Positions 1 through 23,000 of a stretch of DNA of 64,000 nt are shown in pieces. Positions within the stretch are counted from its first letter, which is position 1, and each line of letters begins with the position of its first letter. Made by a program: the position numbers and the translations under genes. The notes beneath the pieces were generated by a model, which ran no database searches, was not told the origin of the DNA, and worked only from the letters and a program-made list of their open reading frames with translations. This DNA comes from Macrostomum lignano (Eukaryota): NCBI GenBank assembly GCA_002269645.1, contig NIVC01000991.1, positions 327,304 to 391,303 of the forward strand, in the 5' to 3' direction.

Positions 1-2430
1 TTGATTGATCCCACACCCCACACTGGAACTGATTGATCCCACACCCCACACTGGAACTGATTGATCCCACACCCCACACTGGAACTGATTGATCCCACAC
101 CTCACACTCAGTTTGATTGATCCCACACCCCACACTCGCTTTGATTGATCCCACACCTCACACTCGCTTTGATTGATCCCACACCTGGATTGATTGATCC
201 CACACCCCACACCTGGATTGATTGATCCCACACCCCACACTTGGATTGATTGATCCCACACCCCACACTGGAACTGATTGATCCCACACCCCACACTGGA
301 ACTGATTGATCCCACACCCACACTTCGATTGATTGATCCCACACCCCACACTTGGATTGATTGATCCCACACCCCACACTGGAACTGATTGATCCCACAC
401 CCCACACTGGAACTGATTGATCCCACACCCATACTTGGATTGATTGATCCCACACCCCACACTGGAACTGATTGATCCCACACCCCACACTTCGATTGAT
501 TGATCCCACACCCCAAACTTGGATTGATTGATCTCACACCCCACACTGAAACTGATTGATCCCACACCCCACACTGGAACTGATTGATCCCACACCCCAC
601 CATTGGATTGATTGATCCCACACCCCACACTGGAACTGATTGATCCCACACCCCACACTTCGATTAATTGATCCCACACCCCAAACTTGGATTGATTGAT
701 CCCACACCCCACACTGGAACTGATTGATCCCACACCCCACACTGGAACTGATTGATCCTACACCTCACACTTGGATTGATTGATCCCACACCCCACACTG
801 GAACTGATTGATCCCACACCCCACACTGAAACTGATTGATCCCACACCCCACACTGGAACTGATTGATCCCACACCCCACACTTGGATTGATTGATCCCA
901 CACCCCACACTGGAACTGATTGATCCTACACCTCACACTTGGATTGATTGATCCCACACCCCACACTGGAACTGATTGATCCCACACCCCACACTGGAAC
1001 TGATTGATCCCACACCCCACACTTGGATTGATTGATCCCACACCCCACACTGGAACTGATTGATCCTACACCTCACACTTGGATTGATTGATCCCACACC
1101 CCACACTGGAACTGATTGATCCCACACCCCACACTTGGATTGATTGATCCCACACCCCACACTTGGATTGATTGATCCCACACCCCACACTGGAACTGAT
1201 TGATCCCACACCCCACACTGAAACTGATTGATCCCACACCCCACACTGGAACTGATTGATCCCACACCCCACACTTGGATTGATTGATCCCACACCCCAC
1301 ACTGGAACTGATTGATCCTACACCTCACACTTGGATTGATTGATCCCACACCCCACACTGGAACTGATTGATCCCACACCCCACACTGGAACTGATTGAT
1401 CCCACACCCCACACTTGGATTGATTGATCCCACACCCCACACTGGAACTGATTGATCCCACACCCCACACTTGGATTGATTGATCCCACACCCCACACTT
1501 CGATTGATTGATCCCACACCCCAAACTGGAACTGATTGATCCCACACCCCACACTGGAACTGGTTGATCCCACACCCCACACTGGAACTGATTGATCCCA
1601 CACCCCACACTGGAACTGGTTGATCCCACACCCCACACTTAGATTGATTGATCCCACACCCCACACTGGAACTGATTGATCCCACACCCCACACTGGAAC
1701 TGATTGATCCCACACCCCACACTGGAACTGATTGATCCCACACCCCACACTGAAACTGATTGATCCCACACCCCACACTTGGATTGATTGATCCCACACC
1801 CCACACTGAAACTGATTGATCCCACACCCCACACTTAGATTGATTGATCCCACACCCCACACTGGAACTGATTGATCCCACACCCCACACTGAAACTGAT
1901 TGATCCCACACCCCACACTGGAACTGATTGATCCCACACCCCACACTGAAACTGATTGATCCCACACCCCACACTGAAACTGATTGATCCCACACCCCAC
2001 ACTGGAACTGATTGATCCCACACCCCACACTGAAACTGATTGATCCTACACCTCACACTGAAACTGATTGATCCCACACCCCACACTGGAACTGATTGAT
2101 CCCACACCCCACACTGAAACTGATTGATCCCACACCCCACACTGGAACTGATTGATCCCACACCCCACACTGAAACTGATTGATCCCACACCCCTTACTG
2201 GAACTGATTGATCCCACACCCCACACTGAAACTGATTGATCCCACACCCTACACTGGAACTGATTGATCCCACACCCCACACTGGAACTGATTGATCCCA
2301 CACCCCACACTGAAACTGATTGATCCCACACCCCACACTGAAACTGATTGATCCCACACCCCACACTGGAACTGATTGATCCCACACCCCACACTGGAAC
2401 TGGTTGATCCCACACCCCACACTGGAACTG
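1..2430. repeat. 28-bp minisatellite (ACTGGAACTGATTGATCCCACACCCCAC and ACTTGGATT variants), intronic in the ZIP gene
   Basis: Unit recurs at 28-bp spacing (e.g. 22 and 50). The array runs off the left edge. It accounts for all the WGVGSI/CGINQ ORFs. Confidence 0.97.
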
Positions 2431-2757
2431 ACTGGTTTCACAGCCCACACCAATAACAAAGGGCATTGTAACTGTTTTTGAGCGGGTGATAAGTACATTG
2501 AAAGCATAATTATTAGCATTACGTATACATGCATACTGTAGGCATTCAACTGCAGATTACAACAATTAATAATTAAAAATCATACTGTTAACGATTAAGT
2601 GTGATCATTATCGATATAAAACTCTTAATGTGTTATTTAAAAAAATGGTGAAGTTACAAAACCAATTTTAAAACAACAGATTAATCTTAAAGTTATCTTT
2701 GTTATAATTTTCCAATCGCATGCGCTCGCCCTATTGAAAGTAGTGAAAATCAATTAC

Positions 2758-13940
<11,183 letters not shown>

Positions 13941-14548
13941 GTCACGTTCGATTTCCAGGCATACGAACGAGAAAAGAGAAATTCTAGCGTATTCAACTGT
14001 TGACTGCTGAAAACAGAAATTGTCTAACCTGTCTCGTATGTGGGTCTTTGCACGGGTTTTTAATAGAATCTAAATTTCAAGCAGAGATAAAGCGGCTAGA
14101 CTGACTCTCTTGGGACCAAGGACTGTCAAACAAGCGCAGCAACCCCGAAAGAACGAAATAAACGACTGAGATAAGGAGACTCCTGAGAGATGGCATCAGA
14201 GCTGCCTGCATTCCCACGAAAAGCATGAGAATCAAGTCGCATTTCAATACGCCAGAAATTTTGGTGTGAATCGAACATTACTTTAAATGTTCGTTTGTCC
14301 TGCTGTGTCTGACGCTTGAATCGAGAGGAGACCGTATCCTAAAATCACGTACCTCATGAGCCACTGCGGAATAAACATTTAAGCAATTTAGCAAACTCGA
14401 ATATTGACTTGGGGGCTTTTATTGCTTCGAAATTTGGTTTCAAGTTTATTTCAATAGATTACTGGGATGCCTGCAGGGCGGAGCCATGAGAGAGCTAAGG
14501 ATCGCCTTCGATCCTCCTTTTAGTACGATCTAGATTGGTAACAAGATA

Positions 14549-14985
14549 GCGCCCCTGGTGCTGGCGCCCCTGGTGCTGGCGCCCCTGGTGCTGGCGCCCC
14601 TGGTGCTGGCGCCCCTGGTGCTGGCGCCCCTGGTGCTGGCGCCCCTGGTGCTGGCGCCCCTGGTGCTGGCGCCCCTGGTGCTGGCGCCCCTGGTGCTGGC
14701 GCCCCTGGTGCTGGCGCCCCTGGTGCTGGCGCCCCTGGTGCTGGCGCCCCTGGTGCTGGCGCCCCTGGTGCTGGCGCCCCTGGTGCTGGCGCCCCTGGTG
14801 CTGGCGCCCCTGGTGCTGGCGCCCCTGGTGCTGGCGCCCCTGGTGCTGGCGCCCCTGGTGCTGGCGCCCCTGGTGCTGGCGCCCCTGGTGCTGGCGCCCC
14901 TGGTGCTGGCGCCCCTGGTGCTGGCGCCCCTGGTGCTGGCGCCCCTGGTGCTGGCGCCCCTGGTGCTGGCGCCCCTGGTGCTGGC
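14549..14985. repeat. Perfect 15-bp GC-rich minisatellite (GCGCCCCTGGTGCTG) x29
   Basis: Identical units directly abut the LINE fragment. It produces the LAPLV, GRQHQ and GASTR ORFs. Confidence 0.97.
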
Positions 14986-14989
14986 TAAA

Positions 14990-16270
14990 GCCCCTGCATG
15001 GCTGAGCCGGGGCTCCACTCTCAGGACCTCGGAGCTGGCAGGAGCCTCCTGTACACGTCGGCAGACGACCGCGGCCAAGGCGGTGTCGGCATGCTGATCG
15101 GACTGCGCCTTCGGCAGAGCGTGCACTGCGCTTCGCTGTCCCCGCGACTGATACGAGTCCACCTGCGCCTGCGCGCCCGCTGCATCCGTCTGTTCTGCGC
15201 GTATACACCCACCGCTGCTCACCCTGAGGAGCTCGCGCCTTCTTCGACTTCCTGGCTGGGCAGCTGGAAGAGGTGCCAAACTGCGACACGCTGGCGGTGC
15301 TCGGAGACCTGAACACAGTACCGCGGAGGTCCGAACGCTCGACCTTTGTCGCGGGACGCGATAATGCCAACACCGATGCGCTCGGTACGTGTGCTCGGTG
15401 CGCTCGAATCTGCTTGACCGGCTGGATCTGGTGTCCGCGAACACCCAGTTCCGCAAGCCCCCTGCCCGCCTGGTTACTTTTGCGGGCTGCAAGAGAAGGC
15501 GACGGAACTCACGCGCGGGCGGAACGCCACAAGGAAACTGGCGCAACTCGATCATGCGCTGGTTCGCACTCGCGAGCGCCGTCGCGTCACCAACTGCGAC
15601 ACCATGGCTCCGCTGGCTCTCCGGTTAGACCACCGACTCCTGCTCTGCGCGACTTGCGGCTCCGCGACCAGCTCTACCGACGGCCAAAGCAACAGCCACG
15701 GCGCTACTATCGCGCTCTGTTGGACACCCGCGTGAAGCGTCAATTCGCGGGCGCCTTCGTCGGCGCGCTTGCAGACCAGCTCGAGGCGGGGTATTCCATC
15801 GTATGCACCGCCGTTAGAGCCGCTGCAGAGCAGTCGGTCCCGCTGATGCGGCCAGCGCAGAAATCGCTGCCCGTCTGGCAGAGCAACCCGACCATCTGGC
15901 AGGCGCGGTTCAACATCGAGTGACTCCGCAGAAACCGGCGGGCCACGGGCGACGCTGAAGACGCGTTTGAGCGCCTTCTAGATGAGTGGCAGCAGGCCGC
16001 TGTCGACGACACCGTCCGGTCCATCACTGCAAGCGGCCCCGACGTGAAGAGCCGTGCAGTGTGGACGGCCGTCAGGACTCTGACGGTGCGCAAAAAGCGC
16101 GTGGCGCTGAATCTGGCCGGCGACACGCCCGAGGAGCGCAGGAATGAATTGCGCGACTTCTTCGCCGGCATCGTGAACGCACCCACGTTGCCGCTGCCTG
16201 CAGATCCTCTGCCTGCCAGCCTGCCGCTGCCTGCGCCTGGGCGGCCTTCGGTTCGATCCGCTGCGTGCAT
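14990..16270 (+). mobile_element. Degenerate RTE-like non-LTR retrotransposon fragment (AP endonuclease and linker; reverse transcriptase absent)
   Basis: APE motifs are spread across shifted frames: GQGGVGMLI, CAYTPT, VLGDLN, ANTQFRK, QLDHALV, DHRLL, then an RTE-like linker (W..VR.L, ER...LRDFF). Multiple frameshifts and a stop. Confidence 0.85.
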
Positions 16271-17078
16271 GACCTGTCAATCGGAAAAAAAGTACGGCGC
16301 ATTTCATTGAACCCGGTAGATGACACTGTAAGAATGAGACCGTTACATGTTTTACAACACCGATCGAGCCTTTGCTAAAAACTTGCTCGAACAAGCAGTA
16401 GCTTGGTTGACGTGGCACAGACTGCTGACCTTGTTTGTCTTCAATGTAAATGATGACTGATTTTCAACTAAGGCCCTGCCTCTGCGCAGGCCATCATATG
16501 CATTACCCATCACTTATACGAATGTATACACGCGGCGAGGGACCACTAAAAAGTGTGACGGCTTTGTTACGTTAATAAGTAGAAAAACAAATACAACAGT
16601 ATTTAGTGAAATTTAAGACCTTAAAGATAGGATTTTCTGTTTTTTTGTAGCTTAAACGCTAAAAAATGTATATTTTACTAATAATTAATTTTTTAAAGCA
16701 TGTTTGATCTCTCTTTTCTGTGAATATATAGATGGAACAAGTTCAAAATGAAATGATGTGACTTAATTATTTGCTTAAATTTATTAATTTAATAAGAAAT
16801 CTTGACGAAGCGTAAGAGATTCAGTGACCTTAAAATCCTTATAGTTTTTATATTAGGCTGTTTCATTCGTAGATCTTTTTTACTCAAATAAATCTTTCCC
16901 TAGTACCAGACTGTGCGAAATACAAAGCTGAACAAAAACAGCAGTTTAAAGAATATACTCTAGTTTTAATCAAGCTTCCTTATGTTGTCTAAGCTAGCTC
17001 ACCTAATGTCTTATAAGATTGAGGATTAAATAGAACTCCTTGCTTAAAAGACTCATCGATACATTATCGTTAGCCTAA

Positions 17079-20000
17079 ATGTTTCAGCGGCTGAAACAGA
17101 AAATTGAAGAATCGAATACAGTAAAAAAGGTTGGTAATATTATTACAACAAGATTGGACTCTAATAATTATGATGATTTATTTATATTGCCTAATAAATG
17201 AATTGGCTCAGCTAAAATTTAGTCACATGATGCTGGAGTTAAAAAGGGTTGGAGGAAAGTAGGCCTGTATTTTGATAAAAAATTTCTTGGGATAGGGCCT
17301 AGTTCTTATACCATGGAAGGAATTAGGTCTACTGTCTCTAGGCATTACAAATTTTTGTGGTCTTCTCTATTCTCAAAAGCTGGCTGTTGGCTGCCATTCC
17401 CTTTCCATATCTTTTAAATTTTGCTCTTGTTGCATATAATACAATAGTATATAATTGGCTATTAGGCTATGTTATAAACATAGGCATAAGTCTACATTTT
17501 TGACATAGGTGATAGGTCTAAATAAGAAATTATTAAGAAGTATCTAATGTGTAGTCTATCTTAATTTTATTTATTTATTATATTTTAAATAATAAGCATA
17601 TTGATAAGAGTTTACTATTCTATCATATACAATTTTTTTTAAATAAAATGTCTTGCAATCAAATAGGCTATTTTTACTTTTTTATAATTGTAGGGCCTAG
17701 TCAGATTTTTTGTATAATATTAAGGCCCTAGTCAATTATAAATAAATATATATAAAAAGAAAAGATAATCAAAAGCCTCAAATACTATAGCCTAGGCTAC
17801 AGGTTAAAATGGCAATAGATCAAAAAGGTAATAATCAAAAAGGTGACAGTCAAAAGGAAGATAGTCAACCATAATATATTTATTGGAATTACAAATTCAA
17901 ATGCTTTAAATTTGTATTTTCCAAAATGTACAAAACAACATGATTAGTTAAAATTAGACTTGTATTAGTATTCTAATAGTAAATGTGCATTAATACATAG
18001 CTTAGTGGGGGTCCATTTTTTACTCATTACTTATAGTAGACCATTTACTCAGTGGTTGCTATGTCTGAATTTTTTCCCAGTATTTAAAGTATTGGGCTGG
18101 TTTACTATATATAGCATATTACTTCATACGAAAAGATCCCTATTGGAAAAAGTGACACTAGGCCTATAGATGGCTATCTAGTATGTTTCTAAAAGAGCTA
18201 ATGCATTTGATGTATAGTGTTGCACCTTTCCAATATAGCATGATACACCTAAAGGGCTAAGAATTGGTGCACTAGAGGGGCTAAAGGGTGGCATGCTAGA
18301 GGGGTAGTGCACCAGAAGGGTAGCACATGCTTAAAAGGTGGTACACAGAAGTGACAATGTGTTAAAGGGTAGAGCACTGGATTCATAGTCAGAAAGATGC
18401 ATATATCCTAAAACCAGAAATTTTGCAAAGCCAGATATCAGAGTTTTCTAGTTTAGATGTAGACACAATTCTATAATATTTATTTTTTTCTACTTATTAT
18501 ACTAATATTTAGTGATAAAAAGTATAGATTAGTTATCTATTGACATAGAATATAGTTATTAGTTGAAGACTTATTGTTAAATATATTGCAATCATATGCT
18601 TCTAGCTAAAACTATTGAATCTACTAGCAATCTAGTATCCCCCTTTGGGATGCCCAATAAGCAAAGAGTAAAAATTCTTGCAAATCTATTAATAAAACAC
18701 ATTTTCTTAAGAACCAATTCCTTCAGTTTTATAAATCATCTTAATTCAAGTAAAATTGTCATAGTCAAAGATATTTGGTATGAAATCTATTTATCCCATT
18801 TATTAGTACTTCATTTCAAGTAGATGGATCCATTAGAAAAAATGATAATCAGTAAAGAACAGGTGTTAAAATGGCAAGAAAGTTAAACTACTAATACAAT
18901 ACTCAAAGTGAAATTGGATTTTTTGCCACTGAGCTAAAGTACCATTTAATGCCATTTTACAAAGACTGGTTGATTTATAAATTAGATAACCTAAATATAG
19001 TTATTTAAAAGCCAAAGATTTTTTATGGTAGCTAATTATAGCAAAAAGTTTTAGTATATAGGATTACAGAATATTTTTAGAAAGTTTAATAATAAAAAGA
19101 ATTTATTAATGAATCTACTTATGGTATAATCCATAGGAAAAATATTGTAAATAAATAAAATATTTAAAATATTTTCTGTGATCTATTGGTACTAAATATT
19201 CGGTTTTATATTAACCTTTACATAGCAGTCTAGTCTAAAATAATGCACATTACTGCTAGTTTGCTATGTACAATATTTTTATTTTAAAAAAAAGAATTCT
19301 ATCAACAAATGCACACAGGCAACAGATTCTCTGGGCCGTCTGACGCCAAACCCAGCCGCGACAGGGGGCGAAACTGATAATGGCGCAGCAGCCAATCAGG
19401 AAGCGCCGCTGGCCTCAGCCTCCGGCCGACCAATCAGATCGCGCCAATCGTCCGGCAGCTCAATAGCTAGCGATGCTTCATTTTTTCAGCGGCTGCTTCC
19501 GCTGCATCAAAATCGCCCCACACGCCGCTGCCATCGTTGCCACCGGCGCCTTCAGATCTGGAATCCGAAGCCTCGGTTGCTGGCGTTGAGGTTATGACGA
19601 AACAGGAATTGTTTCAGAAATTCCTTCACGTTCAATCGTTAGCTAAACGGTACAAGAGTAAGTTCTATGAATTGATGGAGGCGCACAGGAGTCTGGATAC
19701 GGAGAAGGAGAAGCTGAAGAAAGCTTTGACTACTAATCAGGTAAGATTTGGGTTTTTGCTAACTAATCAAGAGCTTCCATAAAAATCTATTAGACATTGT
19801 CCCAAAAAAACGTGTTTATAATGTAATTTTTTCAATACATTTCCAGGACAAGTCCCTTAGAAGAATCAGCGAACTCAAAGAGCAAATCGAGTTGGACCAA
19901 TTGGCTAAACGAGATTTAGAACAGAACTATAGTTTAATGCTAGAGGAGAAAGATGAACTTAATAAAGTGCTCAAAATACAGGTGAGTTTGAAACTATCCT

Positions 20001-23000
20001 CTGTTGGTTTATCCGTTAAAATTGAGGCAGGGAGAGAAATAGGGTCAGGTCCGAAACTGCACGCCAGCCAATCAGAGGCCGTCATCAAAGTGAGGGTAGG
20101 GTAGGGAGAGAAAGGAAAGAGTCGTCAAGTTCAGAAACTGCACGCCAGCCAATCAGAGGCTGACATCGAATTGGGGTAGGGTAGGGAGAGAAAAGAATCG
20201 TCCAGTTCAGAAACTGCATGCCAGCCAATCAGAGGCCGCCATCAAATTGGGGGTAGGGTAGGGAGAGAAAAGCTAGAACTTTGAAGCCCTCGACTTCCAG
20301 TCAATAAGCTCAGCTGTCTGGAACGCGGTGACAAGCATTGTGTATGTATAATAAGGTTGTTTAATTAAAAATCACAACATGAAAGGTTCAAATTTTAATG
20401 ATAAAAATGAAAAAAATACCACCGTTAGCTGGAGGACTGCAATCTGATGATGGCTGAGGTATTAAAATTTTTTATATTGTTATCACAAGTCAATCATACC
20501 CTCATTGGTAATAATAGCTACAGACTATTATTATTATTTGCTAATAAATCATAAGCAAATAGGGAAAAGTGAAAGTTTTGCTAATTTATAGTTATTTTTA
20601 CTTTATTAGCCTTAGTATTTACAGATGTAATTGAGCTATTCAACCCAAAACGCACTGCCTGTTAATTTTATATACTATTTATTTGTAACAGGTTGCACCG
20701 CATACTATAGAAATTGGATACAGGTTGATAATATTTCATGGTATTTTAAACTATAGTTAATCTTTATTAATTATATTTACGCTTAATTCTTTAACCTCGT
20801 GGTGATAAAACCTCGGTCAGGTGAGCCTTCTAAAAGAGGGCAAAGACCTTCCACCGGAACTGGAAGCCAAGATCAAGGATGGTCACGAGAAGGAGGCGTC
20901 TGAGAAGCGAAAAATGGAAGAAAATTTGAAAGCGGCTCAAGAGAAGGTGAGACTTAAGCAAAACAATAGTTGTTAGTTTTTATTGTTTATTAACTAATAA
21001 TGACATTAATTTTCAATGCAGAATGTGCGATTGGAACAACTGCTAACCAAGTGTCGCGACAGTATTCAAAGTCACAAAGACAAACTGGCAGAGATACAGG
21101 CCGATAAGGAGGCGCTGCGAGCTGAAGCTGAAGCTAAAGTGCAAGCAAGTAAAGCTGAAATCGTAAGTGTAGGATGATATAGTTGGATATAGTTTGCTAT
21201 GTACATGTAAAGTCTTCGCCTAGGTAAAATCCATGATAAAGTTCAAACTTAGATCAAGGCCAGGTAAAATCCCCATTTGGATCTAGGCCAGGTAAAATCC
21301 CAATCTAGATCTAGGTCAGGTAAAATCCCAATCTAGATCTAGGCCAGGTAAAATCCCAATCTAGATCTAGGCCAGGTAAAATCCCAATCTAAATCTAGGC
21401 CAGGTAAAATTCCAATCTAGATATAGGCCAGGTAAAATCCCCAATCTATATCTAGGCCAGGTAAAATCCCCAATCTAGATCTAAGCCAGGTAAAATCCCA
21501 ATCTAGATCTAGACCAGGTAAAATCCCAATCTAGATCTAGGCCAGGTAAAATCCCAATCTAGATCTAGGCCAGGTAAAATTCCAATCTAGATATAAGCCA
21601 GGTAAAATCCCCATCTAGATCTAGGCCAGGTAAAATCCCAATCTACATTGGATCCAAATTGGTCTATTTCCGCCTCCCATTGTCAGGAGAAGCTGACAGC
21701 CAGACTAGCAGAGACCCGTCAGAAAGCGAAACAGGCCACGGACGAGGCAACCCGTCAGCTAGCCGAGTCCAAAGCAACTCTGCACGCTTCACTTCAAGAG
21801 AAAGAGGAACTGATTGACAGCCTACGGCAGCAGTTGCAAACCGCCCTGGGCAAAGCTGAATCGAGTTCGGCCGACTGTCGCGAGCTGAGCGACCAGTTGC
21901 GCCAATTGCAAATGCATATAGCCGGCAAAGAGGATGAATTTCAATTAGCTATTGAGGAGCGGGATATGGCTAAGAATGCGGCTGCTTTTGAGGGCGAGAA
22001 GCGCCGGGAGGAGCTGCAGGCTCGCGTGGCGGCCTTGGAGTCGGCTGAGAAGCAGTACAGAAGCGCGCTGGAGTCGGAGCGGGTCAAGAGCGAACATTTG
22101 GCAGCGGAGCTGGCTGATAGGCGAGCCGCTACTGAGGCTCAGATGGAGAAAGAGAAATCTCAGGTGAGAAGGGTATTGTTGTGCGCTGAGGATTTAATGC
22201 GAGTGGTGCGAGAGAAAGAAGTGAAGTGGGAGAGATAGATAATGTGTAAGAGAGGTAGATTAGGAAAGAAAGTAGAGTAGGGGAATAGAGAGCAGTAGAG
22301 TAGGGGAATAGAGAGCAGTAGAGTAGCGAAGAGAAGTAGATTAGGGAGAGAATTAGATTAGGAGAGAAATAGAGTAGGGAGAGAATTAGAGTGGGGGGAG
22401 AAGTAGAGTGGGGAGAGAAGTAGAGTGGGGAGAGAAGTAGAGTGGGGAGAGAAGTAGAGTGGGGAGAGAAGTAGAGTGGGGAGAGAAGTAGAGTGGGGAG
22501 AGAAGTAGAGTGGGGAGAGAATTAGAGTGGGGAGAGAAGTAGAGTGGGGGAGAAGTAGAGTGGGAGAGAAGTAGAGTGGGGAGAGAAGTAGAGTGGGGAG
22601 AGAAGTAGAGTGGGGAGAGAAGTAGAGTGGGGAGAGAAGTAGAGTGGGGAGAGAAGAAGAGTGGGGAGAGAAGAAGAGTGGGGAGAGAAGAAGAGTGGGG
22701 AGAGAAGTAGAGTGGGGGAGAGAAGTAGAGTGGGGAGAGAAGTAGAGTGGGGAGAGAAGTAGAGTGGGGAGAGAAGTAGAGTGGGGAGAGAAGTAGAGTG
22801 GGGAGAGAAGTAGAGTGGGGAGAGAATTAGAGTGGGGAGAGAAGTAGAGTGGGGAGAGAAGTAGAGTGGGGGAGAAGTAGAGTGGGGGAGAAGTAGAGTG
22901 GGGAGAGAAGTATACGCTCGTATAAGGGGCCAGAAGTAGAGTATGGAGACAAAAGTGGCGAGAGAAGTAGAGTGAGGAAAGAAGTAGTTTGCGAGGTGAG

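Noticed and set aside
108-2549. Many overlapping Cys/Trp/Gly-rich ORFs
   Set aside because: They are translations of a stop-free 28-bp minisatellite in all frames and lie inside a ZIP intron.
14549-14985. CTCF-like motif (CACCAGGGGCGC) in the 15-mer
   Set aside because: It is one G short of the usual core, and CTCF is reported to be absent from flatworms. There is no support from sequence alone.
14495-15555. GRQHQ, GASTR and LAPLV repeat proteins
   Set aside because: They are artefacts of the perfect 15-bp array.
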